The notes under the pieces are model-generated. The model was not told the origin of the DNA and did no database searches. It worked only from the letters and a program-made list of their open reading frames with translations. The position numbers and the translations under genes are program-made. From contig NC_092398.1 in NCBI RefSeq assembly GCF_030028105.1, positions 21,090,254 to 21,154,253 of the forward strand: DNA of 64,000 nt, written 5' to 3'. Numbering within the stretch: position 1 is the stretch's first letter; the number at the start of each line of letters is the position of its first letter. The stretch is from Mobula birostris (lineage: Eukaryota). Of this stretch, positions 34,963 to 48,514 are shown piece after piece.

Positions 34963-36220
34963 ATAGACAATAGGTGCAGGAGTGGGCCATTCGGCCCTTT
35001 GAGCCAGCACCGCCATTCACTGTGATCATGGCTGATCATCCACAATCAGTATCCAGTTCCTGCCTTATCCCCATAACCTTTGATTCCGCTATCTTTTAGT
35101 GCTCTATCCATCTCTTTTTTGAAAGCATCCAGAGACTTGGCCTCCACAGCCTTCTGGGGCAGAGCATTCCATATATCCACCACTCTCTGGATGAAAAAGA
35201 TTTTCCTTAACTCCGTCTAAATGGCCTACCCCTTATTCTTAAACTGTGACCTCTGGTTCTGGACTCACCCATCAGCGGGAACATGCTTCCTGCCTGCAGC
35301 GTGTCCAATCCCTTAATAATGTTATATGTTTCAATAAAGTCCCCTCTCAGCCTTCTAAATTCCAGAGTATACAAGCCCAGTCGCTCCAATCTTTCCACAT
35401 ATGACAGTCCTGCCATCCCGGGAATTAACCTTGTGAACCTACACCGTACTCTCTCAATAGCAAGAATATCCTTCCTCAAATTTGGAGACCAAAACTGCAC
35501 ACAGTACTCCAGGTGTGGTCTCACCAGGGCCCTGTACAGCTGCAGAAGGATCACTTTGCTCTTATACTCAATTCCCCTTCTTATGAAGGCCAGCATGCCA
35601 TTAGCTTTCTTCACTGCCTGCTGTACTTGCATGCTTGCTTTCAGTGACTGATGTACAAGAACACCTAGATCTCATTGTACTTCCCCTTTTCCTAACTTGA
35701 CTCCATTTAGATAATAATCTGCCTTCCCGTTCTTACCACCAAAGTGGATAACCTCACATTTATCCACATTAAACTGCATCTGCCATGCATCTACCCACTC
35801 ACCCAGCCTGTCCAAGTCACCTTGCATGCTCTTAACATCCTCCTCACATTTCACACTGCCACCCAGCTTTGTGTCATCAGCAAATTTGCTAATGTTACTT
35901 TTAATTCCCTCATTTAAATTGTTAATATATATTGTAAACAGCTGCAGTCCCAGCACTGAACCCTGCGGTACTCCACTGGTCACCGCCTGCCATTCCAAAA
36001 GGGAGCCGTTAATCGCTACTCTTTGTTTTCTGTCAGCCAGCCAATTTTCAATCCATGTCAGTACTCTGCCCCCAATACCATGTGCCCTAATTTTGCCCAC
36101 TAATCTCCTATGTGGGACTTTATCAAAGGCTTTCTGAAAGTCCATGTACACTACATCCACTGGCTCTCCCTTGTCCATTTTCATAGTTACATCCTCAAAA
36201 AATTCCAGAAGATTTGTCAG
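34963..36220 (-). mobile_element. Young 5'-truncated CR1 LINE (about 1.26 kb)
   Basis: RT motifs [36 protein letters not shown]; empty site in unit 1 at about 6306. Confidence 0.95.
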
Positions 36221-39200
36221 AAGACAATGTTTATATTAGGATATAGGATAAAGATGAAATAAATAAAATGTATATTCAAAAGATTCAAAGTACATTTATT
36301 ATGAAAGGATGTATAAATGATACAACCTTGAGACTTGTCTGCTTCCAGAAAGCCGCAAAGCAAGGAACACAAAAGAACCAAAAGAATCCAATTAAAATAT
36401 AAAGACCAACCACCAATGGGCATAGAAAGAAGGTGTTGTGGGGGGGGTGGGGTCCTTCCAAACAATGGAAGCGAGCATTCCAAAACAGATTGAATCCTTG
36501 GGTCTGTGACAGGGTCCTGAATTACCCCTAAGAACTGTGTTTTTAAAAAGAGAGAGAGAGCTATTTAACACTGACATCTTGTTTTTAAGAGAGAGAGAGA
36601 GAGACAAAGACTGCTCACAGTTTGTTTATTCTTTCCCAAGGACATCGCCTGCTTGTACGTTCTTACAGACAGAGAAGGGAGGAGCTGTTATTTGAGAGAT
36701 AGTTGGTACTCAGTACGGGGAGATAAATAGAAGGTCAGATGATAGACCGGAGAGACATGGTTTTGGACACTGAATGAGCTTTGTTGTGCCCACAGAAAAA
36801 GTGGGTTTTGGAAGATCATTTAGGTGGATTGATCAGTGGCTCTCTCAGTGTGGAGAAGGTGTGACCAGTGGGGAGGTATTTGTGTGGCCAACCCTCACCT
36901 GGGTTGATTGCTCCACCACAGAAGAACGGTCCCCTTTCTTGTGGTCACATCCGCCGTCCTCCCCATCTCTCCCTCGACTCCCCCCCAAAACCCCCGTCCC
37001 CAGTCATATGATTCAGCATTATCATCCAAAAACAAAACGATACATGACCACCCATTGGTTAATAGCACCCTACTGTCTCTATTAACCCAAGCACCTGTCT
37101 AGCTAGAGACTTTCTCAGCATTTAACATAACAAAGAAGCCATTTAAAATTTAACATACAAAGAAACGAAAGACCCCGTACGCTTACTTACATATAATCAA
37201 TGCTAATCTGTTTGATTTACTGCATTTATTTTACCGTATTGCGTGGTCTCTAATAAATTCCACAAGTTAATAGCAATACTGGACTCCAAGGTGTTTTCCA
37301 TTTCTGCTGGTTCTTTAAACCCGTCACGGGGTACGTGACCATTGCCAACCACGGCTGATGAGCCCCATCTTCCCAAAGCAGGTAATGACGGAAAGTGAAA
37401 CTCCAGTCAACAGTTTATTGTTGCCTTTGTGTTTAACAAGTACAAACCACCCCTATAGAGTGAGGGGTGAAGAGAAATCCATTCTCCAGGTGACCCGTTG
37501 TGTTGAATTAGACCATAAAATCATAAGATGCAGGAGCAGAATTAGGCCATTTGAGTCTTCTCAGCCATTCCATCATGGCTGATTTATTATCCCTTCCCAT
37601 AGTGGACACTGTGTGCATATATATAGATATTTTTGATGTATTTATTTATTTTTTGGGGGTTTGGCACGGAACAGACCCTTCCAACCCTTCGAGCTACGCC
37701 GCCCAGCAATCCCCCGATTTAAGCCCAGCCTAATCACAAAACAATTTATAAGGACCAAACTAAACTGCTAACTCTCTTATCTGCTTCACCCTCCCTCCCA
37801 CTCCCTATTCTCCCCTCTCCCATCTGGCTTCTCTCACATCTCCCTCCCTCTCCCCCTTCTCTCCATCCCTCCCCTTTCCTCCCCCTCCCTCCACCTCCAC
37901 TCACTCCCTTTTCCCCTCCTTTCCTCTCCCCTCTTCCCTTTCAAGATACTAGAAGAGAGCCAAAAAATTGCAAGAGTGCTGGGAAGGAGCTCAAGAATGA
38001 AATGAGGAGAGCTAGAAGGGCCATGAAAAGGCCTTGCTGAGCAGGATTGAGGAAAACTCCAAGGCATTCTACAAGCAAGTGAAGAGCAAGAGGATGAGCC
38101 GTCTGAGAATAGGACCAATCAGGAGTGAGAGTGGAGACACGTGCATGGAGTCAGAGGAGGAAGATGAGGAACTTGATGAATACCTTGCTTCAGTATTCAC
38201 CAGTAAAAAGCACCCTGGCAATTGTGGGGATAACTTAAAGTGGACTGAAATGCTTGAGTGTGTAGGTATCAGGAGAGAGGATGTGCTGGAGCTTTTGAAA
38301 GGTATTGTGTTAGATAAGTCACGGGGACCAGGCGGGATATACCCAAATCTACTGTGGGAAGCAAGGGAGGAAATTGCTGAGCCTCTGGCGATGATCTTTG
38401 CATTATCAATAGGGAATGAAAAAGTACCGGAGGACTGGAAGCTTGCAAATGTTTTTCTCTTGTTCAGGAAGGAAGTAGAGAAAACCCAGGAATTTATAGA
38501 CAAGTAAGTCTTACTTCAGTGGTGGGCAAGTTGTTGGAGAAGATTGAGAGGCAGTTTTATTGAGCATTTGGAGAGACATAATCTAATTTATGAGTCAGCA
38601 TGGCTTTATCAGGGACAGGTCATGCCTTACCAACCTGATTGAATTCTTTGAGGATGTAACAAAACACAGTGATGAAGGTAGAGCAGTGGATGTAATGTGT
38701 ATGGATTTCAGTAAAGCATTTGATATGGTTCCCCATGCGAGGTTCATTCAGAAAATAATGAAACATGGGATCTAAGGAGATCTTGCTTTGTGGATCCAGA
38801 ATCCGATTGACCATAGAAGGCAAAGGGTGGTTGTGGATCAGCGAAATCTTGGAGTCCATGTCCCTAGGACACTCAAAGCTGCTGCGCGAGTTGACAATGT
38901 TGTTAAGAAGGCGTATGGTATGTTGACCTTCATCAACTGTGGAATTAAGATCAACAGTCATGAGGTAATGTTACATCTATATGTAATACCCTGGGAAAGG
39001 TTTCACTGCTAATGTAATGGCTTTTCTGTAGCAGCAGTGTTTGGGCCATGGCTAGAGATAACTGGAGCTTTGGCATATACACCATCCAATGAAGGGAGTG
39101 TTTTTTTCTTGTTGTGTGCCTGAGAACAAGGTGATCTGAGTCTTTTGTTCGGCGAGAGACGAAGAGTGAAGATGCCTGAAAGGAGAAGTTGTAGCCAGCA

Positions 39201-41157
39201 GGATGGAGTGGACTTGGAGTCGACAAAGCCCAGGGAAATCGATGGAGGACCAATGGAAGGGAAACCGTGAGCTCCAACTTGAGCACATTATCCTGCCTCG
39301 TTAAAATGGGCCCTTTTCCTTTTGTTTTCTTTACTAACCCTTCTGTCAAATTAAGAATTATAAAGCTAAATTGTTTACTTTCCATATGGTGTATTCTGTT
39401 ATTTCGTGGTTCTGTTATTTCCGCTATTTCATGATAGTATCATTTTGTGGTAGTGTTATTTTGTAGTGTGCTGTCTGCTATTTTGTGTTACTGACCTGTA
39501 ACGGGGGAACTGATCACACAGCATCCACACAAGCAAGGGGTTTTGCACCTCAGGTTCCACACGTTTGGTGGGCCAGAGACAATGTAACAAAACACATTGA
39601 TGAAGGTAGAGCAGTGGATTTAGTGTGTATGGATTTCAGTAAGGCATTTGATAAGGTTCCCCGTGCGAGGTTCATTCAGAAAGTAATGAAGCATGAGATC
39701 TAAGGAGACTTTGCTTTGTGGATCCAGAATTGGCTTGCCCACAGAAGGCAAAGGGTGGGTGTAGATAGTTCGTATTCTGCATGCAGGACAGTGACCAGTG
39801 GTGTGCCTCAGGGAACTGTTCTGGGACCCCTCCTCTTTGTGATTTTTATAAATGACCTGGCTGAGGAAGTAGAAGCGTGGGTTTCTAAGTTTGTTGAAGA
39901 TACATAAGTTGGGGTTGTTGTGTATAGTCTGCAGGGTTACGCCCTAGAGTTACGCCACCAGCCAATCCTCAGGGTTACATATATAATACGTGGTTAGATT
40001 CCACTTGCAGTACTGTGTTCAGTTCTGGACACCTCACTACAGGAAGAATGTGAATATTATAGAGAGGAGATTCACAAGGATGTTGCCTGGATTGGGGAGC
40101 ATTCCTTACAAGAATAGGTTGAGTGAACTTGGCCTTTTCTCCTTGGAGCGACAAAGGATGAGAGGTGACCTGATCAAGGTGTATAAGATAATGAGAGGCA
40201 TTGATTGTCTGGATAGTCAGAGGCTTGTTCCCAGGACTGAAATGGCTAATACAAGGGGGCATAGTTTTAAGGTACAGGGGGGATGTCAGAGGTAAGTTTT
40301 TCACACACAGAGTGGTGGGTACATGGAATGCACTGCTAGTGAAGGTGGTAGAGGTGGATACAATAGGGTCTTTTAAGGGACTCTTAGATATGTACATGGC
40401 AATTAGCAAAATAGAGGGCTATGCGGTAAGGAAGTTCTGGGCAGCTTCTAGAGCAGGTTACTAGGTTGGCACAACATTGTGGGCCGAAGGGCCTGTACCG
40501 TGCTAGATTTTCAAAGTTCTATGTTCTATAGGTGGAGATATGGATAGCGTATGGGACTGGCAAAGCATATAGTGTGATATACTGATGATCAGTTGCAGCT
40601 ATCGGCTGAGAAATGGCAGGTGGAGTTTTACCCAGATAAATGTGAGGTGCTGCACCTTGGTAGGGCAAATGCTGGGAGACAGTGCGCTGCTCAGGGCAAG
40701 ATTCTTAATAGCGTTGCTGAGCAGAGAGATCTTGATGTCCAAGTTCATAGATCCGTGAAACTGTCAACACAGGTCAATAGGGTGTTTAAAAAGTTTTATG
40801 GGATGTTTGTTTTTAGTTCGCAGTGCATTGAGTTCAAGAGGTTGAGATACAACTTTATAAAAGTCAGGTTAGGCCACATCTGGAATAATGCATACAGTCC
40901 TGGTCACCCGACAGAGGACGTTGAGCTTTGGAGAGGGCGCAGAAGAGGTTTACCAGGACGCTGCCTGGTTTCGAGGGCATGTACTATCAGGAGAAGGTGG
41001 AAAAACCTGGAGTGTTTTCTTTGGAGCGACAGAGGTTCAGAGGAGACCTGGTTGAGCTTTATTAGATTATGAGAGACATAGATAGAATAGACAGGAAGTA
41101 TCTTTTTCCCAGGGTAGAAATGTCTAACAGAGGGCATGCATTGGAAGTGAGATGGGG

Positions 41158-44100
41158 TAGAAACATAGAAACATAGAAAATAGGTGCAAGAGTAGGCCAT
41201 TCGGCCCTTTGAGCCTGCACTGCCATTCAGTATGATCATGGCTGATCATCCACCTCAGAACCCTGCACCAGCCTTCCCTCCATACCCCCTGATCCCTTTA
41301 GCCACAAGGGCCATATCTAACTCCCTCTTAAGTATAGCCAATGAACTGGCCTCAACTGTTTCCTGTGGCAGAGAATTCCACAGATTCACCACTCTCTGTG
41401 TGAAGAAGTTTTTCCTAATCTTGGTCCTAAAAGGCTTCCCCTTTATCCTCAAACTGTGACCCCTGGTTCTGGACTTCCCCAGCATCGGGGACAATCTTCC
41501 TGCATCTAGCCTGTTCAATCCCTTTAGGATTTTATACGATTCAATCAGATCCCCCCTCAATCTTCTAAATTTCAACGAGTATAAGCCCAGTTCATCCAGT
41601 CTTTCTTCATATTGAAAGCCCTGCCATCCCAGGAATCAATCTGGTGAACCTTCTTTGTACTCCCTCTATGGCAAGGATGTCTTTCCTCAGATTAGGGGAC
41701 CAAAACTGCACACAATACTCCAGGTGTGGTCTCACCAAGGTCTTGTACAACTGCAGTAGTACCTCCCTGCTCCTGTACTCGAATCCTCTTGCTATAAACG
41801 CCAGCATACCATTCACCTTTTTCACCGCCTGCTGTACCTGCATGCCCACTTTCAATGACTGGTGTATAATGACACCCAGGTCTCGTTGCACCTCCCCTTT
41901 TCCTAATCGGCCACCATTCAGATAATAATCTGTTTTCCTATTTTTGCCACCAAAGTGGATAACTTCACATTTATCCACATTAAATTACATCTGCCATGAA
42001 TTTGCCCACTCACCCAACCTATCCAAGTCACCCTGCATCCTCTTAGCATCCTCCTCACAGCTAACACTGCCACCCAGCTTCGTGTCATCCGCAAACTTGG
42101 AGATGCTGCATTTAATTCCCTCATCCAAGTCATTAATATATATTGTAAACAACTGGGGTCCCAGCACTGAGCCTTGCGGTACCCCACTAGTCACTGCCTG
42201 CCATTCTGAAAAGGTCCCGTTTATTCCCACTCTTTGCTTCCTGTCTGCTAACCAACTCTCCACCCACACCAATACCTTACCCCCAATACCGTGCGCTTTA
42301 AGCTTGCACACTAATCTCCTGTGTGGGACCTTGTCAAAAGCCTTTTGAAAATCAAAATATACCACATCCACTGGTTCTCCCCTATCCATTCTACTAGTTA
42401 CATCCTCAAAAAATTCTATGAGATTCGTCAGACATGATTTTCCTTTCACAAATCCATGCTGACATTGTCCGATGATTTCACTGCTTTCCAAATGTGCTGT
42501 TATCACATCTTTGATAACTGACTCTAGCAGTTTCCCCACTACCGATGTTAGGCTAACCGGTCTATAATTCCCTGGTTTCTCTCTCCCTCCTTTTTTAAAA
42601 AGTGGGGTCACATTAGCCACCCTCCAATCCTCAGGAACTAGTCCAGAATCTAAAGAGTTTTGAAAAATTATCACTAATGCATCCACTATTTCTTGGGCTA
42701 CTTCCTTAAACACTCTGGGATGCAGACCATCTGGCCCTGGGTATTATCTGCCTTTAATCCCTTCAATTTACCTAACACCACTTCCCTACTAACATGTATT
42801 TCACTCAGTTCCTCCATCTCACTGGATCCTCTGTCCCCTACTATTTCTGGAAGATTATTTATGTCCTCCTTAGTGAAGACAGAACCAAAGTAATTATTCA
42901 ATTGGTCTGCCATGTCCTTGCTCCCCATAATCAATTCACCTGTTTTTGTCTGTAGAGGACCTACATTTGTCTTAACCAATCTTTTTCTTTTCACATATCT
43001 ATAAAAGCTTTTACAGTCAGTTTTTATGCTCCCTGCCAGTTTTCCCTCATAATCTTTTTTCCCTTCCTAATTAAGCCCTTTGTCCTCCTCTGCTGAACAC
43101 TGAATTTCCCCCAGTCCTCAGGTGAGCCACTTTTTCTGGCTAATTTGTATGCTTCTTCTTTGGAATTGATACTATCCCTAATTTCCCTTGTCAGCCATGG
43201 GTGCACTACCTTCCTTGATTTATTCTTTTGCCAAACTGGGATGTACAATTGTTGTAGTTCATCCATGCAACCTTTAAATGCTTGCCATTGCATATCCACC
43301 GTCAATCCTTTAAGTGTCATTTGCCAGTCTATCTTAGCTAATTCACGTCTCATACCTTCAAAGTTACCATTCCTTAAGTTCAGAACCTTTGTTTCTGAAT
43401 TAACTATGTAACTCTCCATCTTAATGAAGAATTCCACCATATTATGGTCACTTTTACCCAAGGAGCCTCTCACGACAAGATTGCTAATTAACCCTTCCTC
43501 ATTGCTCAATACCCAGTCTAGAATAGCCTGCTCTCTAGTTGGTTCCTCGACATGTTGGTTCAAAAAACCATCCCGCATACATTCCAAGAAATCCTCTTCC
43601 TCAGCACCTTTACCAATTTGGTTCACCCAATCTACATGTAGATTGAAGTCACCCATTATAACTGCTGTTCCTTTATTGTACACATTTCTAATTTCCTGTT
43701 TAATACCATCCCCAACCTCACTACTACTGTTAGGTGGCCTGTACATAACTCCCACCAGTGTTTTCTGCCCCTTAGTGTTATGCAGCTCTATCCATATCGA
43801 TTCCACATCTTCCCGGCTTATGTCCTTCCTTTCTATTGCGTTAATCTCCTCTCTAACCAGCAATGTTACCCAACCTCCTTTTCTTTCATGTCTATCCCTC
43901 CTGAATATTGAATATCCCTGAATGTTGAGCTCCCATCCTTGGTCACCCCGGAGCCATGTCTCTGTGATCCCAACTATATCATAATCATTAATAACAATCT
44001 GCACTTTCAATTCATCCACCTTGTTACGAATGCTCCTTGCATTGACACACAAAGCCTTCAGGCGCGCTTTTACAACTCTCCTATCCCTTATACAATTATG

Positions 44101-44215
44101 TTGAAAAGTGGCCCTTTTTGATGCTTGCCCTGGATTTTTCGGCCTGCCACTTTTACTATTCACCTTACTACTTTTTGCTTCTACCTTCTTTTTACACCCC
44201 TCTGTCTCTCTGCAC
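41158..44215 (-). mobile_element. CR1 LINE with near-complete but frameshifted ORF2 (APE endonuclease + RT), about 3.06 kb, nested in an older + strand CR1
   Basis: NARSIRNK, GITETWL, YRPPNS, MGDFN, SDHN (endonuclease); [13 protein letters not shown] (RT); (TTTCTATG)n tail at 41158; ORF split into several pieces. Confidence 0.95.
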
Positions 44216-47200
44216 TTCAAAGGAGATGTGGGGGGTAAGTTTTTCACTCAGAGAGTGCTGGATGCCTGGAATGTGCTGCCTCTTATGGCGGTGTGGCAAA
44301 TGCATTAAAGGCTTTTAAGAAACATTTGGATCAGCACATGGATCTGAGGAGATAGAGGGATACAGACATGGAGTAGGTAAAAGGGATTAGTTTATTTGGA
44401 GGGGTTTGATTTGGCTGGTTCAGCACAACTTTGTGGGCCAGATGGTCCATTTCTGTGCTCTTCTGTTCTATGTTATCAGTCTATCTACTCATGTGACCAC
44501 TTTCAGGGAGCTGTGGACTTGGACCCCAAGATCCTTCTGTTATTCATCATCGCTCCCTACATTCCTGCCGTTTCCTGGATACTTTGCCTGAACTTTTCAT
44601 CCTGCAAAGTTAAACACCTCACTTCATCCAGAGTTTACAATCAAAACATCAGTTAAAATCAATTTCTGTACACGGCTGGAAGCCCAAGAACAGTTTATTT
44701 GTCGTAAACGCTGGGAAACCACTAGATCCTTATTTTAAAATGCCTCATGTTCATCTGGATTAAACTTCATCTGCCATTTCTCTGCCCACATTTCCAACTG
44801 TTCTCTATCTTGATGAATTCTTTGACACCGTGACTCACTATCAACAACGTTAGTCTCACATTTAACAATCAGCTAGCTACACTTTCGTCCGGATGATGGA
44901 AATGTGATTTAAATGAAACCTTTTGGATATTGAAAGGGTGAGAGATAATGGACGTAGAGAGGATGTTTCCTATACTGGGGGAGTCTAGGACCAGAGGGCA
45001 CAGCTTCAGAATAGAGGGACTTCCCTTTAGAAAGGAGGTGAGGAAGGATTCCTTTAGGCAGAAGGTGGTGAATCTGTGGAACTATTGCCACAGATAGCTG
45101 TGAATGCCAGGACATTGCATATATTCAAAGTGGAGGTGGATAGGTTCTGGATTCGTCAGAGCGTTAATGGGAAGAAAGCAGGAGATTGGAGTTGAGAGGG
45201 ATCATAATCGATGTAAAGGTGGAGCAGACTCAACAGGCGTCATGGCCTAATTCTGCTCCTATGCCTTGTGTCCTCCAGCTTCAGTTCTGAATGCAAGTTC
45301 ACAATCACCATTCATCGTCATGTTCCGGAGCAGTTTACTATGAGGGGCCTTCTTAAATGCCTTACTGAAGTCCATGTGGACAACAGCTACTCTCCTACCC
45401 TTGCCAATCGCCTTCGTCACCTCCTGAAAAAGCTCAGCCAAGCCTGTCTGCCATGACCTGCTCTGTAAAAGGCCACGCTCACATCCCTCCTCTTCATTGA
45501 CTGGGGGGTCTCTCAGGACACCCAGCACCACCACCTCCTTAATCTCAGCGTTCCCGTGCAAATTAGCAAGGCCCACGCCATGCTCACTACCTTTCTTGTC
45601 CTTTTCCATGCTAGATTCCAACACAAGTTAGTCGCACGGTACCCCACCCCTGTCCTGTGACTCCAAACATAAGCACCTCCCTCGGTTCCCGACCCGCAAG
45701 TCCTCAAAAAAGTGGCGTCCGTCATTAAGAACCCCCATCACCCAAGCCACGCCTTGTTTTCATTGATACCATCGGGGGAGGAGGTACAGAAGCCTGAAGT
45801 CACACACTCAATGATTCAGGAACAGCTTCTTCCCATCTGCCAGCAGATCTCTGAATAGGCATTGAACCCAGGAACACTACCTCACTGCTTTTTTATTTCT
45901 ATTTTTGCACTACTTAATGAATTTAACTATTATATATATATACTTTCTGTAATTCGGTTTTTTCTCTATTGTTTGTATTGCAATGCATTGTACACAGTCA
46001 ATAAATTTCACAACATATGCCAGAGATTCTGATTCTGGTTCAATACAATACCTTGGGATTCTCTTTTATCCCACTCACCAAGGAGACTACTGCCCACCTT
46101 CTTGAGCTCTATCCTGCATACATTTGTCTCTCATCCTCACTGAGGGGTCGTTCTCTGATAACTGCTGCGGGATTGGACCCAGCGATCCACTGTCAAGCCT
46201 GTGTGGGATGCCTTCAGTTTAAACATCTGCTGTTGCAGAACCGGTTATGGACAGCAGGGGGAGACATTGTAGAGGGATAATCTGTGCCGAGCAACCTGCT
46301 GAATTCAGCTGAATCCTTTTTGTACCTGACCCATATCCCACCACTCCCTGCACAATCATGTGTCTATACACACTCAGTAAACACTTTATTCGGTCCCTCC
46401 TGTACTGAATACACCAGCCACTGAGTGTCTGCTCGTGATCTGCTGCTGTATCCTGCCCACTTCACGGTTCGACGTGTTGTGGGTTCAGAAATGTTCTCGG
46501 CACACCTCTGTTGTAATAAGTGGATATTAGAGATACTAAATATAAAACCGCAAACACAGGACAAACTGCCGCCTTCCCGACAGCTTGAGCCCGTCTGGCA
46601 ATTCTCCTCTGATCTCTCTCATTAACAAGGCTTTTTCACTCACAGAACTCAATGGATGTTTTTCCATTTGTTTTTCGCGCCATTCTCTGTAAACTCTACA
46701 GACTGCTGTGCCTGAAAATCCCAGGAGATCAGCAGTTTCTGAGATACTCAAACCACCCCATCTGGCGCCAATAATGCATTCACCAGTTAAAGTAACTTCG
46801 ATCACATTTCATCCCCCATTCTGGTGTTTGGTCTGAACCTCTTGACCACGTCTGCGTGCTTTTATGCACTGGGTTGCCGCCACGTGATTGGCTGATTAGA
46901 TACTTGCACTAACGAAGAGTCCACTGTGTGTAGAAGTCTCTAGTGGTTAGCACGACGCTTTACAGTATGGGAGACCCAGGTTCAATTCCCGCCACTGCCA
47001 GTAAGGAGTTTGTCCGTTCACCCCGTGACTGTATGGGTTTCCTCTGGGTGCTCTGGTTTCCTCCCACAGTGCAAAGCCATACCGGTGGGTAGGTTAATTG
47101 GTGAGGTCTCCCCTCAGCCCCCGGAGAAAATGATCCAGTTTTGTCCGCCCTCCTCATTCAGCTCGATCTCTACCGACCCCTGGTTTTGCTGCAAGCTTTT

Positions 47201-48514
47201 CCTTGTAAACCAGGGGACCCCGCCCATTGTCAATACTCTTCCGAGACTGTCTGCCTGGTGTCAGTGGTCAAATAACCAGGACTTGTGATGTGCAAAAGCT
47301 GCTCGTGTGACCATCCACCACCTGCTCCCACGGCTTCACGTGACCCTGATCGGAGGGTCTACACCTTGCCCAAGGGTGACCTGCAGGCAAGTGGAGGAAA
47401 GGAGCACATTACAGCTCCTTTGGTAGACACGTATCGCCACCCCACCACCCTAGAAACTATGGAAAGTGATAAGCAGTCATCTTTATTCATTTCCATAGAT
47501 GAATAAACATATCTATTAACTCATTTTATTAATTATGTAAAATAATTTTATGTTTAATGAATAAACAGTCCTGGTGAAGGACTCGGCCCAAAAGGTCGAC
47601 TGTTTATTCATCTCCACAGATGCTGCCTGACCTGCTGAGTTCCCTCATTTTGTGTCTGTTGCCCCTGAAGTCTTTCGTTATACTTGTAGCTCACCAGATA
47701 TGGACATGAAAATACACAGGAATTGTGGTGATTTTTAATTGGAACTGTGACAGTCTTGAAATATTTGCAAGCAGTTTATCGAAGGCTCTCTTCTCTAGTT
47801 CACGTCAGATATAACTTCAGTTCACTCCAGCAAATGCTTTTCTGATCCACATTCCAGTGCCTGCTGCCTCTTGTGTCTTCATTCTCCCTCAAGCCAGAGA
47901 GGTGACGGAGCAACTTCAGAAACAATTGGTCAGCCCACAGCTGGAGTACAGTGTCCAGTTCTGGTCTCCACACTACAGGAAGGAGGTGACCACACTGGAA
48001 AGGGTGCAGAGGAGATTCCCCACGACGTTGTCCGGGACAGAGCGTTGCAGTTACGAGGAGAGACCAGAGTCTGTTCTCCCTGGAGCGGGGGAGGCTGTGC
48101 AAGGACCTGATGGAGGGGTCTGGGGTGGGGTGGGGTGCGGGGGGCAAAAATCACGGCCAGATCGAGCTGTCGTATCTGGTCGCCATGGCAATGAGGAAGC
48201 CGGGCCCAGGAGGCAGTAAACTAACTTGGCCTGGACTCACTCAGAGGGTCCTTTGAGCTGGGGCAAGTTTTTTTTGATAGGACGCTATCTGGTGACTGCG
48301 GGGAAATATTCAGTTAGTTGCTCAGGGGATGAACAGACCACTGGCAAATAGGTGGTTGGGGGAGATGGTCAGTGGTTGGCTATCAGCCGAGGATTCTGGT
48401 TCACTAGGCCTTGTAGGACTGGAACAATGGTAGGCAAAGTGGGGGAGGGAATGTGTGTGATAATGGCAGGTCAGAGCAAGGAGCCAGCATTGGCAAGACA
48501 TAGAAAGAGAGCCC

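Larger units (their letters stand above)
29427..47723. repeat. Tandem segmental duplication unit 3 (about 18.3 kb)
   Basis: Collinear with units 1/2 plus two minus-strand CR1 insertions. Confidence 0.95.

Noticed and set aside
41158-44215. Active autonomous LINE or domesticated RT gene
   Set aside because: ORF2 is broken by several frameshifts and stops in both copies; ORF1 and promoter are missing.
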